DNA of 64,000 nucleotides, from positions 15,446,655-15,510,654 of the forward strand of contig NC_134033.1 of assembly GCF_964204645.1 (NCBI RefSeq). The letters are read 5' to 3'. A program made the position numbers and the translations under genes. Origin of the DNA: Tubulanus polymorphus. Lineage: Eukaryota; Animalia; Nemertea. Shown one piece after another: positions 1 to 28,000 of the stretch. The first letter of the stretch is position 1. Each line of letters begins with the position of its first letter. A model generated the notes under the pieces. That model saw nothing but the letters and a program-made list of their open reading frames with translations. It searched no databases and was not told where the DNA came from.

Positions 1-984
1 ATCGATAATTCCAGTATAACGCGTCGGCTTATTACATCTCCTTTTCAATCTATTTCCAGCAACATCCGTCTCCTTCTTCCCAGTGATGACCTTCACCTCA
101 TCATCGTCATCATCATCGTCAATGCATAAAGGATCCATATCAGCGGTGTGCGCCGTCAACAAGTGTGTGCCATTATATCGGCGTGCGCCGTCTGAAAAAG
201 TTTGAAGAAATATCATGATTATAGGCTTTTAAACCCCATCAGCAGCCAAAATTAGATACCACTAAAATAGCAGTCCAGTTACTGACTAAACTACCCCTAC
301 AGTCCAGTGGCGTCGGAACCGCAGCGACTGCAGCCGCGGCAACAATTTACTGAATGACGTTTATTTTTCTCGTTGAAACCACGTTTTCGAAGAAATTAAG
401 TTAATTCGCTGCAGCAATATTAAGAACCTTCAGAATCGGAATTTGGCCGCAGCAATCAAAAATTGCTTCGAATACGCCTGCAGTCCAGTTATAGTCAGAA
501 CTGTCCATTTAAATATTTTTTTTTTTGGGGGGGGGGGAGAAATACAAAAAAAGACAGGTACGAAAAAGGGCAGGTCTAGTTAGGGGGGCATAGAACAACA
601 CTTATATTTGCAAGGGCCATTTGTAGTGCACTTCTCCAAAATATCTGGGGGGCACCTAATTTAGTAGAAAGTTCTACGTGCCGAAAAAAGGACTCGATCG
701 CTCTAGTTAGTTACCTAATCGTTGGTGGTAAGCTTTTTATAATCGGATGGGCTTATACCAACGTTAGCCTGGTTAGGGATGACAAGGACCAAAACACGGT
801 TGAAAAAAGTAACACTTCAAAAATATACTTTCTATCCACTTCAGTCCACAATTAATGGCTTAATTCACAAACTAACACAGGTACCTTTCGAAATAATCCA
901 ATTCTATGTATGTTTCGAGTGATTAATCAACATTATTTTGAGAAATTAATTAATTTCCTTACAAATTTCGCCATTGGCCGCCAT
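1..984 (-). CDS. 5' part of an uncharacterised gene, divergent from RYK and truncated by the window edge
   Basis: Putative exon 1 at 963-984 (ATG GCG GCC AAT GGC GAA ATT T|gtaagg) splices in phase 1 to an exon starting at 191 after tttttcag. The product reads MAANGEIYGARRYNGTHLLTAHTADMDPLCIDDDDDDEVKVITGKKETDVAGNRLKRRCNKPTRYTGIID and is open to position 1. No family recognised. Confidence 0.5.
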
Positions 985-1907
985 TTCTCTGTATTGCACA
1001 TGTGGCATGATAAGACAAGGGGACCTACAAGGATTTAGATAAAACTTTCAAGACGAAACGACAATTTTTATTTTTGATGGTTTTCCAACCTATATTTCAA
1101 ATCTTCGTGTTTTCCATTATAAATAATGAATTAATAAATTCTGGTAAAAGAAAAATGTGAATAAGGGTTGATTTCTTAATATTTTTCAATTTCGTCGTTT
1201 CGCTTCGTTAGTTTGTGCTGTTGTCCTGGCCTCAGTCCACAGGTGCCAGCACCTCCAGTAATTTTTAAAATGGCAGCTGTTGACTCTACGGAAATTTACT
1301 CTCACTTTACGGCCGATTTGCACATGGATTTAGATCGTCAGGTGAGCTGTTATAGGTATCAGACAAACTACGAATCTGTTGTGTGTCGATTACAACAAAA
1401 ATTTAACGGATATCTTAAGAGACAATGAAATGCCAGGCAAATTACTCGTCAGTCAAATTGGCTGACGAAGATTTCATACAAAAATGACCTTCCCATTCCT
1501 GACTGTGGTTTGTGAAAATATCCGATCGTGAAACTAAACCACAGACAGGTTACTGACTACGATCGCTCCTGGTCCAAGCCAAGCGCTCAATACTCACTTA
1601 AGTTAAGACCGGTCGCGGTCGAATGAACTTTTAACAACCCGATCCGATTAAAGTGAAAGTAAATTCACCAGTGCTGCCAACACGGTGGTGGATTATAGAA
1701 CTAACATCGATCGAATTAACCCTAGGAAAAACTCGACGTGTTCATTCCTGCCCTAGGAATCATAATGTTCCGGAGCGGATAGCAACTCATCGCGTCCGAC
1801 TAACGAATACTTTAGGATATACGCCCGGAGCGGAGACGAACTCGTCGCGTCTCAGGCAGCGAATACTTCAGAATTGATCTGACCTAGATTTTAGTCATAG
1901 AGAGAAA

Positions 1908-1988
1908 ATGATGAAAACTGCATCAGCCGCAGCAGCAGCAGCAGCATCAGTAGTAGAACTGTCAAAAGTGCTGGGTGATGTTGGATAA
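1908..1988 (+). promoter_or_regulatory. 26-codon upstream ORF (MMKTASAAAAAAASVVELSKVLGDVG*) ending 2 nt before the RYK ATG
   Basis: ATG at 1908, TAA at 1986-1988, RYK ATG at 1991 in a different frame. Whether it lies in the mRNA is not known. Confidence 0.45.
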
Positions 1989-1990
1989 TA

Positions 1991-18563
<16,573 letters not shown>

Positions 18564-20528
18564 TTCTACTACTCCTCGAATCTTCGGTCGGTGGACAAAA
18601 CCGAAAAGACGGTTTCTTTTAGGAGTAAATACGACTTGATTACCGTAATATATTGTAATAATTCTCGTATAACCAGTGGCAATATCTTCCTTACGTAAAT
18701 ATTACGAATATTACCTCATTTATTACGATCGTTTGTAGATTCCGTCGCTACAGTTGCGCAATAGAATTTCTAAATACAGCTCCGCATTGTCGTAGCAATA
18801 TACCGGCAGCAGTGTTCTCCACAACAGGTTTTAGAGGGGTACCCACCTCATCGTTTTTACATCCACCCCTCTGAAAATCAGCTGCGCCTGAGAAAATATC
18901 CGCCACTCCTACCAGAGTTGATGTTAATATTCTATCAATGCTGATAATTGCTTTGAAAAGTAGATATTGAGCAAATGTGAAAAATAGAAAATTATACTGA
19001 AATTTAGCTTGGTTTTCGTGTATTTTTTTGGGGGGGGATCGAAAGCCTTCAGCAGCCACGATGCCCTTTAAAATTCGAACATATGGAGGAGACACTGCCG
19101 GTATGTCTACACGGTCGGAATAACCTAAACTAGGAAACCGATAATAATGTATCCATAAACAGTTCAAACGAAATAATTGTTTTATTTTTAATTTTTGTTG
19201 TAAATCTCAATTTTGTATCTCGCGATTTTTGTGTATATAGTTTGTTTATAATGTTTTTGTATATACGTGAATCTCGTTGTGTCGGCGGTCAGTTCTGTTA
19301 AATGTAGCGGTTAGATTTATCTGTAATGCAGTAATTCAGGTGTCAGTTGGATGTGAAAAATCTACGAAAAATCATGAAATTGTGTGCGAAAAATTCAAGA
19401 AAATTGTCCGTTGAAATATTTCGATCTCCTTTTCTAAGGCAAATACCGTGGAGATGAGAATTTATGCACAAGCTGTGTTGAAGATTGAGAAATTTCGTGA
19501 CCTAGATGGCGCTCAGCAGTTCTGTAATGTTGAAACGGCAGCGCAGAGGGACGCCCTTGAGAATTCTACTCACTAACCATCGCGTTAGTTAAACTATCAT
19601 ATTTTCTAGTTCCCTGCCAGTGTATGCAATAAATGAAAGTTACCAATATGAATTTTGTGGGTCCAAAATGGTCCGAATTGAGGGGATTCTACTGCAATGA
19701 AATTAATGGATTCCTCCTATATTAGATGTGGTAGATATTTGTAAAAACTCGTATTTTGGGCAACAGCTCATATTATTGAATGTATATTGTAGATATTTAT
19801 GGATGGTCATTAATGGTTGCCTGATTTCGTTGTGCAATTTGTTGCTAATGAATTGTTGCTCAATCGGTTGTGATTGAATAAAAGTTGCTTGAAGTTTTTC
19901 GATGAATAATGTTCACCTGTGCGTAACGCGTCGTGTGACAGGGGTGCGTTAAGGGGGTCGTCGGAAGTCCGGAGCCCTGCCTTACCTCTGAAGTTGCCCT
20001 TTCTCGTCGAAAGTTGAAACCTGTATATTTGATACTCATCCTTTCGGAAATTGCAACCTTTTGGATGTATTCCTTCAAAAATATCTAAAACCGAGGATGG
20101 AACCCCAATAGAGGCCTTTGACTTGGCTGCTTTATCTGAGAAATGCCTTGGTGTTTACTTCTGGACCCCGGCCTTCCAATTTTCCTAGATCCACCCCTGT
20201 GTTTGTGTGCGCCCTCTGTGTAAATCGTGTTCACCGTTTCAAATAATTGTGAAATAACTGTTATGTATAAATGTGTAAGATATGTCGAATCGCCCACGAA
20301 AAATTGATACGGGAACAAAGAAAGGAAAATTGGACCAAAACTTGCATCGTATTTTTTGACTGCATTTCTCTGATCCAAAGCCTAACTTTAGATAACGTTG
20401 AACCCCTTTTAAAAGTCGAAATGAATAAAGGTTCATTTGTGTCTTCGGTGCAAATGAAGTTAATTAGAAAAATTAATCGTACAAAATATGCTTTGTAAAA
20501 CTTATTAATGTAAATGCTGTACATATTC

Positions 20529-20530
<2 letters not shown>

Positions 20531-20590
<60 letters not shown>

Positions 20591-20605
20591 TGATATTATT
20601 ATTAT
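20531..20605. repeat. (ATT)n microsatellite
   Basis: Direct inspection. Confidence 0.95.
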
Positions 20606-21634
20606 CACAATTGATATTGATATTAGTTATTGAAGAGTAAAAACATGACAGGTTTTTAAAATGATGATAATTTATGTCTTCGGTGAAGAAAAAAACCGAT
20701 AAATTGCCAAAATTGAGAACTTTTTTCCGACCTTTATTCTGGCATTACACAGAAAACGATCAAACGATCGTCTAAGCCCCTCATCATGTCGTACATGTGC
20801 ATGTGACAGGTGCATGTTATACTTGACCTTCAAGTCATAAAATGATGAAAATTGTAGTTGAATCGAAACGTTCGTATACCAATATTATGTTTAACTTATG
20901 TTTGAACTTTTCCGAAAAAAGATGGCCACCTCCGTTCAATCCCCCTGTGGTATCCCGAAGGCTAGAAAATATTAACACCTTGTTTCTCATTTTTGCTCAG
21001 CTTAAAAGTTGACCCGGCCGGTCGCCTATCTATCATATACATTATAACTATTCTAAAATCATGATCAAGCTTACAATAACCAGATCCAGCAGTTGTAGAA
21101 ATGAACTGATGACAAATTTTATATCAGTTTACAAAATTTACACGGCCAATTAGGAGAAACAAGGTATCATTTTACTTAAGCCTACGATTACTGTTATTTC
21201 ATTTAGTTTGACGATTTGCAGTAGAAATTACCAGGTAATCTGATGATGTCATAGGGGGATTTGTGGAAGTAGCCATGTTTACTAGGCAGGTCTTGCGTTT
21301 AATCTCTTTACCCGGTATATTGTTGTCTTCCTGAGTGAAATACTTGGACAATCACAGCTCTGTAATCATGTCTGAAATCTATATACGTTTGGAAAATGCC
21401 GGTGGTAAAAAAAAATGATTTTGGAATCATTTCCAACCCGTGTAATCAGTTTCTACCAATCAGAAATCGTATTACATATTACGTACATTTTTATAACGCG
21501 AGTTCTGATTGGTCAGCGTGTATGCCGCCTATCATACGGACCAATCGCGGCTGTCGTTTTAATAAATTTTTTTTCAATGAATAATAGAATTTTCCACATT
21601 TTTCAATACTTGTACTTGAATACGATGTACTTAG

Positions 21635-21755
21635 GTCTATTTTAACTTGACTTGGGAGGATATCAGGTGGCCTAGCTCCAGTCGGTTTTGATGGAACATA
21701 CCGGGGTACATGAGCTAGGCCACCTGATGTGCGCTCAAGTCAAGTTGAAATAGAC
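21635..21755. repeat. Imperfect inverted repeat with arms of about 45 bp
   Basis: gtctattttaacttgacttg...atcaggtggcctagctc / gagctaggccacctgat...caagtcaagttgaaatagac. Confidence 0.75.
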
Positions 21756-22322
21756 ATTACATGTAGTTGATTTAATACGCGTAACAAAATTGCATTTTAA
21801 CCATTGCATTTGTACTTTAACACAACCCAAATTTCAAGGTCACCCATATTTACGCTTGCGTATATCAATACAGGCCGGGACTGGTCGTATGGCTTAAAGA
21901 CCTGGGGTGGATCCAGGGACTAATTTTGAGGAAATTTTCACATCCGGATAGGGCACTTTGATGCCCATAGAGCATTTTTTTAGGCGCACTCCTGTACTGA
22001 AATGCACCAATGTTAGAGACAGAACAAAATGGGCACTAACAGTTCGATGGACCTTGAACCAGTCTCACAGATCCCTCTACATCGGCCTTGGTATAAGCGT
22101 AGCGGCCTATAGAATAGATGCAGAAAATCTGTAGAAGATGAAAAATAAATCCAAATTGGCCCTGTTTAGGACCATGAAAGCCCTATTTTGTTATTGATTT
22201 TCTGTTGGAGGGTCACCAGAAACCCCCATAACAATGTTTCGCGCTTGCAGGCCTTGCATTGCTGAAGCTGCCCTTCTAAAATTAATTGTGATCCATTCCA
22301 ATTTTCAGGTCAACCAACCCCT

Positions 22323-22660
22323 CATCCTCCCCCGGCAGGGATTCGAACCTGATGGCATCGAGATTGCCACGGCACGAAACCCTGCCATAATCGACCGTGT
22401 GCGCAGATACATGCGCAGTTCAGATGATGTGATTTTTAGCCAATCAGAAATCCCGTTTTATTTTAGCCCGGGTTTTCCCATTTATAGTTCTTCCTTGAAA
22501 TTTGCCTCAACGATTATACAACGAGCAATCTGATTGGTGCCGCCAGTTTTCGTTCGGAAAGCTGCGCATGTACCTGCGCACCCGGTCTACTGATCAGGGG
22601 TTCGTGCCGTGGCTGAGTGTAGCGATGCCATCAGGTTCGAGTCCCTGCAGAGGAAGGATG
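22323..22660. mobile_element. 338-bp MITE with long TIRs and 9-bp TSD (Mutator-like signature)
   Basis: TIRs catcctcc..gcagggattcgaacctgatggcatcg / cgatgccatcaggttcgagtccctgc..aggatg; perfect TSD ccaacccct at 22314-22322 and 22661-22669. Confidence 0.9.
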
Positions 22661-23431
22661 CCAACCCCTTCGAAGAATCCTAGATACACCCTTCAGATGA
22701 AGAACTTATTGTTCTTCCACAAATGGACTTGCTATCCAGGACCTAGCGGGCGGGGTGGGGGGCAAAAGGGCTTCAGAAATTTTGGAAAAGTGCCCTATTT
22801 GCAAATATTAAGAACTGCCCTTTTTTGGGTTTTTCTGTCCCCTAAAATTCAAATTGTCCTGCCATCCAAACGATATAAGTCGCGTGGACTATATAGCTTC
22901 AGTTCACCGCAGCGTGCACAGTGTATGATGTATCCTTTATAATGTAGCTCATATTGTTTTAATGTATACGTTTTTTTTAACTGCGCGCTATAATGCGCCA
23001 CGGCATTTTGTAACAAAAAATCACGAGCGAGAAAACGATGGAATAAATTATAAGGAAAACGAATTTTACAGTCGTTTGAATCGTTGTTTATTTGTTTCTA
23101 TGTTTCTTGTTTTTTGGACTGGAAACGATCGACGAAACACAAAGAGACCGAGATTGAAAAGAAAGATTCGCGTTTCGACGGACGAGTTTAGATACACGAC
23201 TCACGATATTCGATACGGCGCTATTATTGCAGCTGTCAATCTGATGCCTGTACCAACCCACCCCCCTCCCCTCCCCTCCCCTGATGATCTCCGAAGACTG
23301 GACGAAAACATTTTTCACAATTGCTGAATGTCTGTCTAAAGGTTTCAGACATGATACCCGAATTCATTTTCGATGAAAAATTGATACAGAGGAAAATCAT
23401 CATTTATATAATCCGTATTAGGGAGCAGAAC

Positions 23432-24270
23432 TGTCTCCCTGTCCCTCCCCCTCTCTCCCTGTCCCTGCTCTCCCTCTCCCTGTACCTCTCCCTCTCCCTG
23501 CTCTCCCTCTACCCCGTCCACCCTCCCTCTCCCTGTACCTCTCCCTCTCCCTGTACCTCTCCCTGTCGCTGCTCACCCTCTCCCTGCTCTCCCTCTCCCT
23601 CTCCTGGCTCTCCCTGTACCTCTCCCTCTCCCTGTACCTCCCCCTCTCCCTCTCCTGGCTCTCCCTGTAGCCCTCTCCCTCTCCCTGTACCTCTCCCTCT
23701 CCCTGTTCCTCTCCCTGTACCTCTCCCTCTCTCTCTCCCTGTACCTCTCCCTCTCCCTCTCCCTCTCCCTGTACCTCTCCCTCTCCCTCTCCCTCTCCCT
23801 CTCCCTGCTCTCCCTCTCCCTGTACCTCTCCCTCTCCCTCTCCCTGCTCTCACTCGCCCTGTACCTCTCCCTCTCCCTGTCCCTTCCCCTCTCCCTGCTC
23901 TCCCTCTCCCTCTCCCTGCTCTCCCTCTCCCTGTACCTCTCCCTCTCCCTGCTCTCCCTCTCCTTCTCCCTGCTCTCCCTCTCCCTGTACCTCTCCCTCT
24001 CCCTCTCCCTGCTCTCCCCTCTCTCCCTCTCCCTCTCCCTGCTCTCTCTGTACCTCTCCCTGCTCTCCCTCTCCCTCTTCCTGCTCTCCCTCTCCCTGTA
24101 CCTCTCCCTCTCCCTGCTCTCCCTCTCCCCTGTACCTCTCCCTCTCCCTGCTCTCCCGCTCCCCTGTACCTCTCCCTCTCCCTGCTCTCCCTCTCCCCTG
24201 TACCTCTCCCTCTCTCTCTCTCTCTCCCTCTCCCTGTACCTCTCCCTCTCCCTGCCCTCCCTCTCCCCTG
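23432..24270. repeat. Compound (CCCTCT)n / CCCTGTA / CCCTGCT polypyrimidine repeat
   Basis: Direct inspection; it explains the PL/RG/RE ORFs at 23321-24318. Confidence 0.97.
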
Positions 24271-25037
24271 TAAGTAAGCGCCTGGGTTTAAGTTGATACC
24301 AGTCCATAAAACTGGCATAGGTCTTTATTGAATAAAATTTACCAAGGGTTGTTTAATTATATTATGTGAATACGTTTTAATGCAGAGGGTTCGCTTGGTA
24401 ATGATCGAGTTGATTCTGGCAGAGTTACCATAAATGTGTAGACCATATTTTTCACCGACGATTTGCTAGCTCTTGACAATAAAAGTAAACATCCTGCACA
24501 CACACACCGAGAACAGGGACTCGTGTTTGCTCAAGGATGAAATGTTGAAATGCAATAACAACTTTGTTTTTTCAATCACTGAAATCACCAGATTCACAGA
24601 GCTTACTGAACTGCGTTTTTATTGAAACTATAGTGGCATCAGACCACGGTAGCTTCACTGCGTATACGGGCCGAACCCTTCACTAGGGTATAAATTCTAG
24701 CTTAAATTTCATATATATAGATTAGATGTAGCCTATAAGTAGTCCACGCGTCATTGCTCTGCTGGTGACTCGATTGAACTAATATAAGAACGGCACGTGA
24801 ACATCCACACCTGTGCCTTAATTAAATAATAAATTCACTCGACTTTATATGGATTGTTTAAAAAACGGTTTCTGTGTCAATGTTTTTTGCCCCGATCGTC
24901 AACACAGTCGCATAGATTGAAAGAACGGCAAATATAAAAATGCTAATATTTGACTGCTGAATATCGATATTGTAAGATTTTAAATAAATAAGGCATGGCG
25001 CGATCTCTGCAGTTATTCTACAAACTGTGGTTTGAAG

Positions 25038-28000
25038 ATGGCGAACTGTCGCATCGCGCTTCTGTCCCTCATCATCCTAGGTAAGTACCGGTATATTTTA
25101 TATAACTTCCTGAGCTATGAGGAGAGAATCCCACAATGATAATAAAAAGTCCGAAAATGAAACTTCGAGATAGTAGTTTATTTCAACGTTTCGACTATAT
25201 CCTAATAGTCATCTTCAGGAATAATGAAACTAAAGGAAAATTAACGTAGAAACAGTTACACGCTAAAATAGATTAAAGGGAAGCAAACTAAGGGCCCTTT
25301 TAATCTATTTTAGCGTGTAACTGTTTCTACGTTAATTTTCCTTTAGTTTGTATCATCTCTGATTACTTGAATTAGTCTCTTTGTCTCTGGATTGTATATA
25401 TCTCTCATAATTTCTGTAGTATCTCATTATTCCTGAAGATGACTATTAGGATATAGTCGAAACGTTGAAATAAACTACTATCTCGAAGTTTCATTTTCGG
25501 ACTTTTTATTATCATTGTGGGATTCTCTCCTCATCGCGTCAACACGGATATAGTGTTCTACCAATCGTGTTGCTGAGCTATTTCTCAATGATTTAAGCTT
25601 TATGGCATATATTGATATAACAGTCGGGAACCTCGTTACAGGGAACCGATATCCGATGAATCGTTGTATCCGAGTTCGTTTTGAGGTTCCACTGTATATC
25701 ATTTTCATTCATCGTAACCTTCATAAAGACATGTTTAAAAGTATACTTCATTAGGACACTATTCCTTTTGATAAGTCCGATCTTCCGACTTACGCACATC
25801 CTCCCTGTGCAGGGACTCGAACCTGATGGCATCGCTACACACTCAGCCACGGCACGAACCCCTGCATCAGTAGACCGGGTGCGCAGGTACATGCGCAGCT
25901 TTCCGAACGAAAACTGGCGGCACCAATCAGATTGCTCGTTGTATAATCGTTGAGGCAAATTTCAAGGAAGAACTATAAATGGGAAAACCCGGGCTAAAAT
26001 AAAACGGGATTTCTGATTGGCTTAAAATCACATCATCTGAACTGCGCATGTATCTGCGCACACGGTCGATTATGGCAGGGTTTCGTGCCGTGGCAATCTC
26101 GATGCCATCAGGTTCGAATCCCTGCTGGGGGAGGATGACTTACGCAAGTTTCACTATGTTTTAACACATATGAGATTCAGGTTTCAGTAAGACGGGTGAC
26201 GCGTGTGACCCGTTGAATATCATTGATGTACCCGCAAACGGGTTTCGTGAACTCAGAATCGTCGCCGCTGACTTCGTTAAAAACACGACATGTCGATGGG
26301 TAATCCGACCCCAAAATCCAAACCAAGTACGTGTAGTAAATTTCTTTTCTTTGAAGTTTTTTTTCAAAGTTACATCGATCCCCGATAGCCAACCCTGCTT
26401 AACGCCAAGGGTTTCTCGTTGATGTACCGTATACGACCTTGACGCCGGTGACGTCGTTTAAACCAGGCCCGTGCCGGGTTCGGGGGTAGCAAGCGAACCC
26501 CCCTGAAATTTTCAAACTGCCCTTCAAAAAGTCAGTGTCAAAAAATTTGGGTCAAGATTTTTCAACCAGGTATTTCAACCAACGATTTCCGAAGTGTCTA
26601 TATTTGTGATGTTTCATGGTTGATGTTTCATGGTTGGTGTTTCATGTTTTTTCATTTATCTAAACTGAGGTTGAATTTCATCGAAATTCTATTTCATATT
26701 TCGATTCGTCCGATATATGAAAGTTCTTGCCGCGACGAATTTCATTTTGTCGTCTTCCATTCCATGCACAGATGCTTACTTACAATGTCAAACGTATGAA
26801 ACTAGATTCTGAGGGAAACTGCGATAACGATTACGTTAAGATCGACAGGGACTTCAAAACCAGTGATTACCCGCCCAGACACAGAATGTGCAGCATTTTT
26901 CAGGGATTTCAACACGCCTTTGATAGGACAAGTCGCGAATTCACCGTCGAATTCAGAACTCCTCCCGATCATGCGTACACAGATTGGGGTAGAGGAGCGC
27001 TAATTATGTTCACATCAAAAGGTATATATACGAATGAACTACGTATGACCCTTGGCAGTCTTCGTGCCGAAAAGTCCACGACTATAACTTTGATTCAATT
27101 GAAAATGAAAAAAAAACCACAATCATGAAGAAAAACTATGAGATAGTTTTGAAAATTGCTCATAGAATTGAGTCTACGTACCTGCTTTCTTCTTGCTCAT
27201 AAAAAAATCTAAACGTCACCTCTTAGTTTTGAAAATGGCCCATAAAACTTAGTCTTAACGTTACTACTCCGTTAGTATTTTAAGTCTAAACGCCACTCTA
27301 CTCTCTTAGATTTACAAAAGGGCTCACTGGATTGAGTCGAAACCAGTACTCTTAGTTTCTCAAAAAGGCTCGAATTGAGTCTAAACGTCACTATTCTCTT
27401 AGTTTTGAAAATAGCTCATAGAATTGAGTCTAAACGTCACAACTCTCTTAGTTTACCTCATAATTGCAGGTTTCTTCTTCAATTGAATATGATAGTTACT
27501 TGTCTATTGAAGCCCGTCTGAAACCAAGTCTCTGCCGTTAACTTTTCAAAACTTCCCTAAATTCATCGCTTTTCCCTTTGACAATTTTCAGTGGAAAGAT
27601 GGTCGGCAGAACCAATATTGGTTGAGCGAGAATATTCGCTCGATATCGCAGCTGATCAATTCACCTCTTCAAGGGTCTGGCATTTCAAAGCAGATAACCC
27701 AGATAATGTAACTTCATCAAAAAGTCTTTTAACTTTTATAAAATCGCCTTGGATTACGTACCTTTACTGAAACTCACTCCGCATATTGTAACAGTCAACC
27801 TCCTGTCAGAAAAGTTATTTCATTTTTGTCCGGTGGTAGAAACAAACTTGAAACAAATAAACTTCATCTAACTCCGAAAGGGCGAAGTCGGATTTCTTTA
27901 CCGGACAACAATGAAATAATTTTTCCGACTGGAGGTTGACTGTTACAATAAACGGAGTGTGTTTGAGTTGTAAATAGTTCGAATATGACACTTTCTCCAT

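Larger units (their letters stand above)
25119..25572. mobile_element. Fold-back non-autonomous element, Penelope-like/retrozyme-type architecture, 9-bp TSD
   Basis: Outer arms 25117-25226 / 25424-25534 are perfect reverse complements; inner arms 25227-25280 / 25295-25349; 38-nt 3' tail. Direct repeat ctgagctat at 25110-25118 and 25573-25581. Confidence 0.75.

Noticed and set aside
22502-22942. ORFs beginning MPQRLYNEQSDWCRQF here and at 25593-25958, suggesting a duplicated gene
   Set aside because: They are translations of the two MITE copies and diverge at the element boundary; no transposase motif.
23321-24318. Pro-Leu, Arg-Gly and Arg-Glu repeat ORFs
   Set aside because: CCCTCT-type simple repeat.
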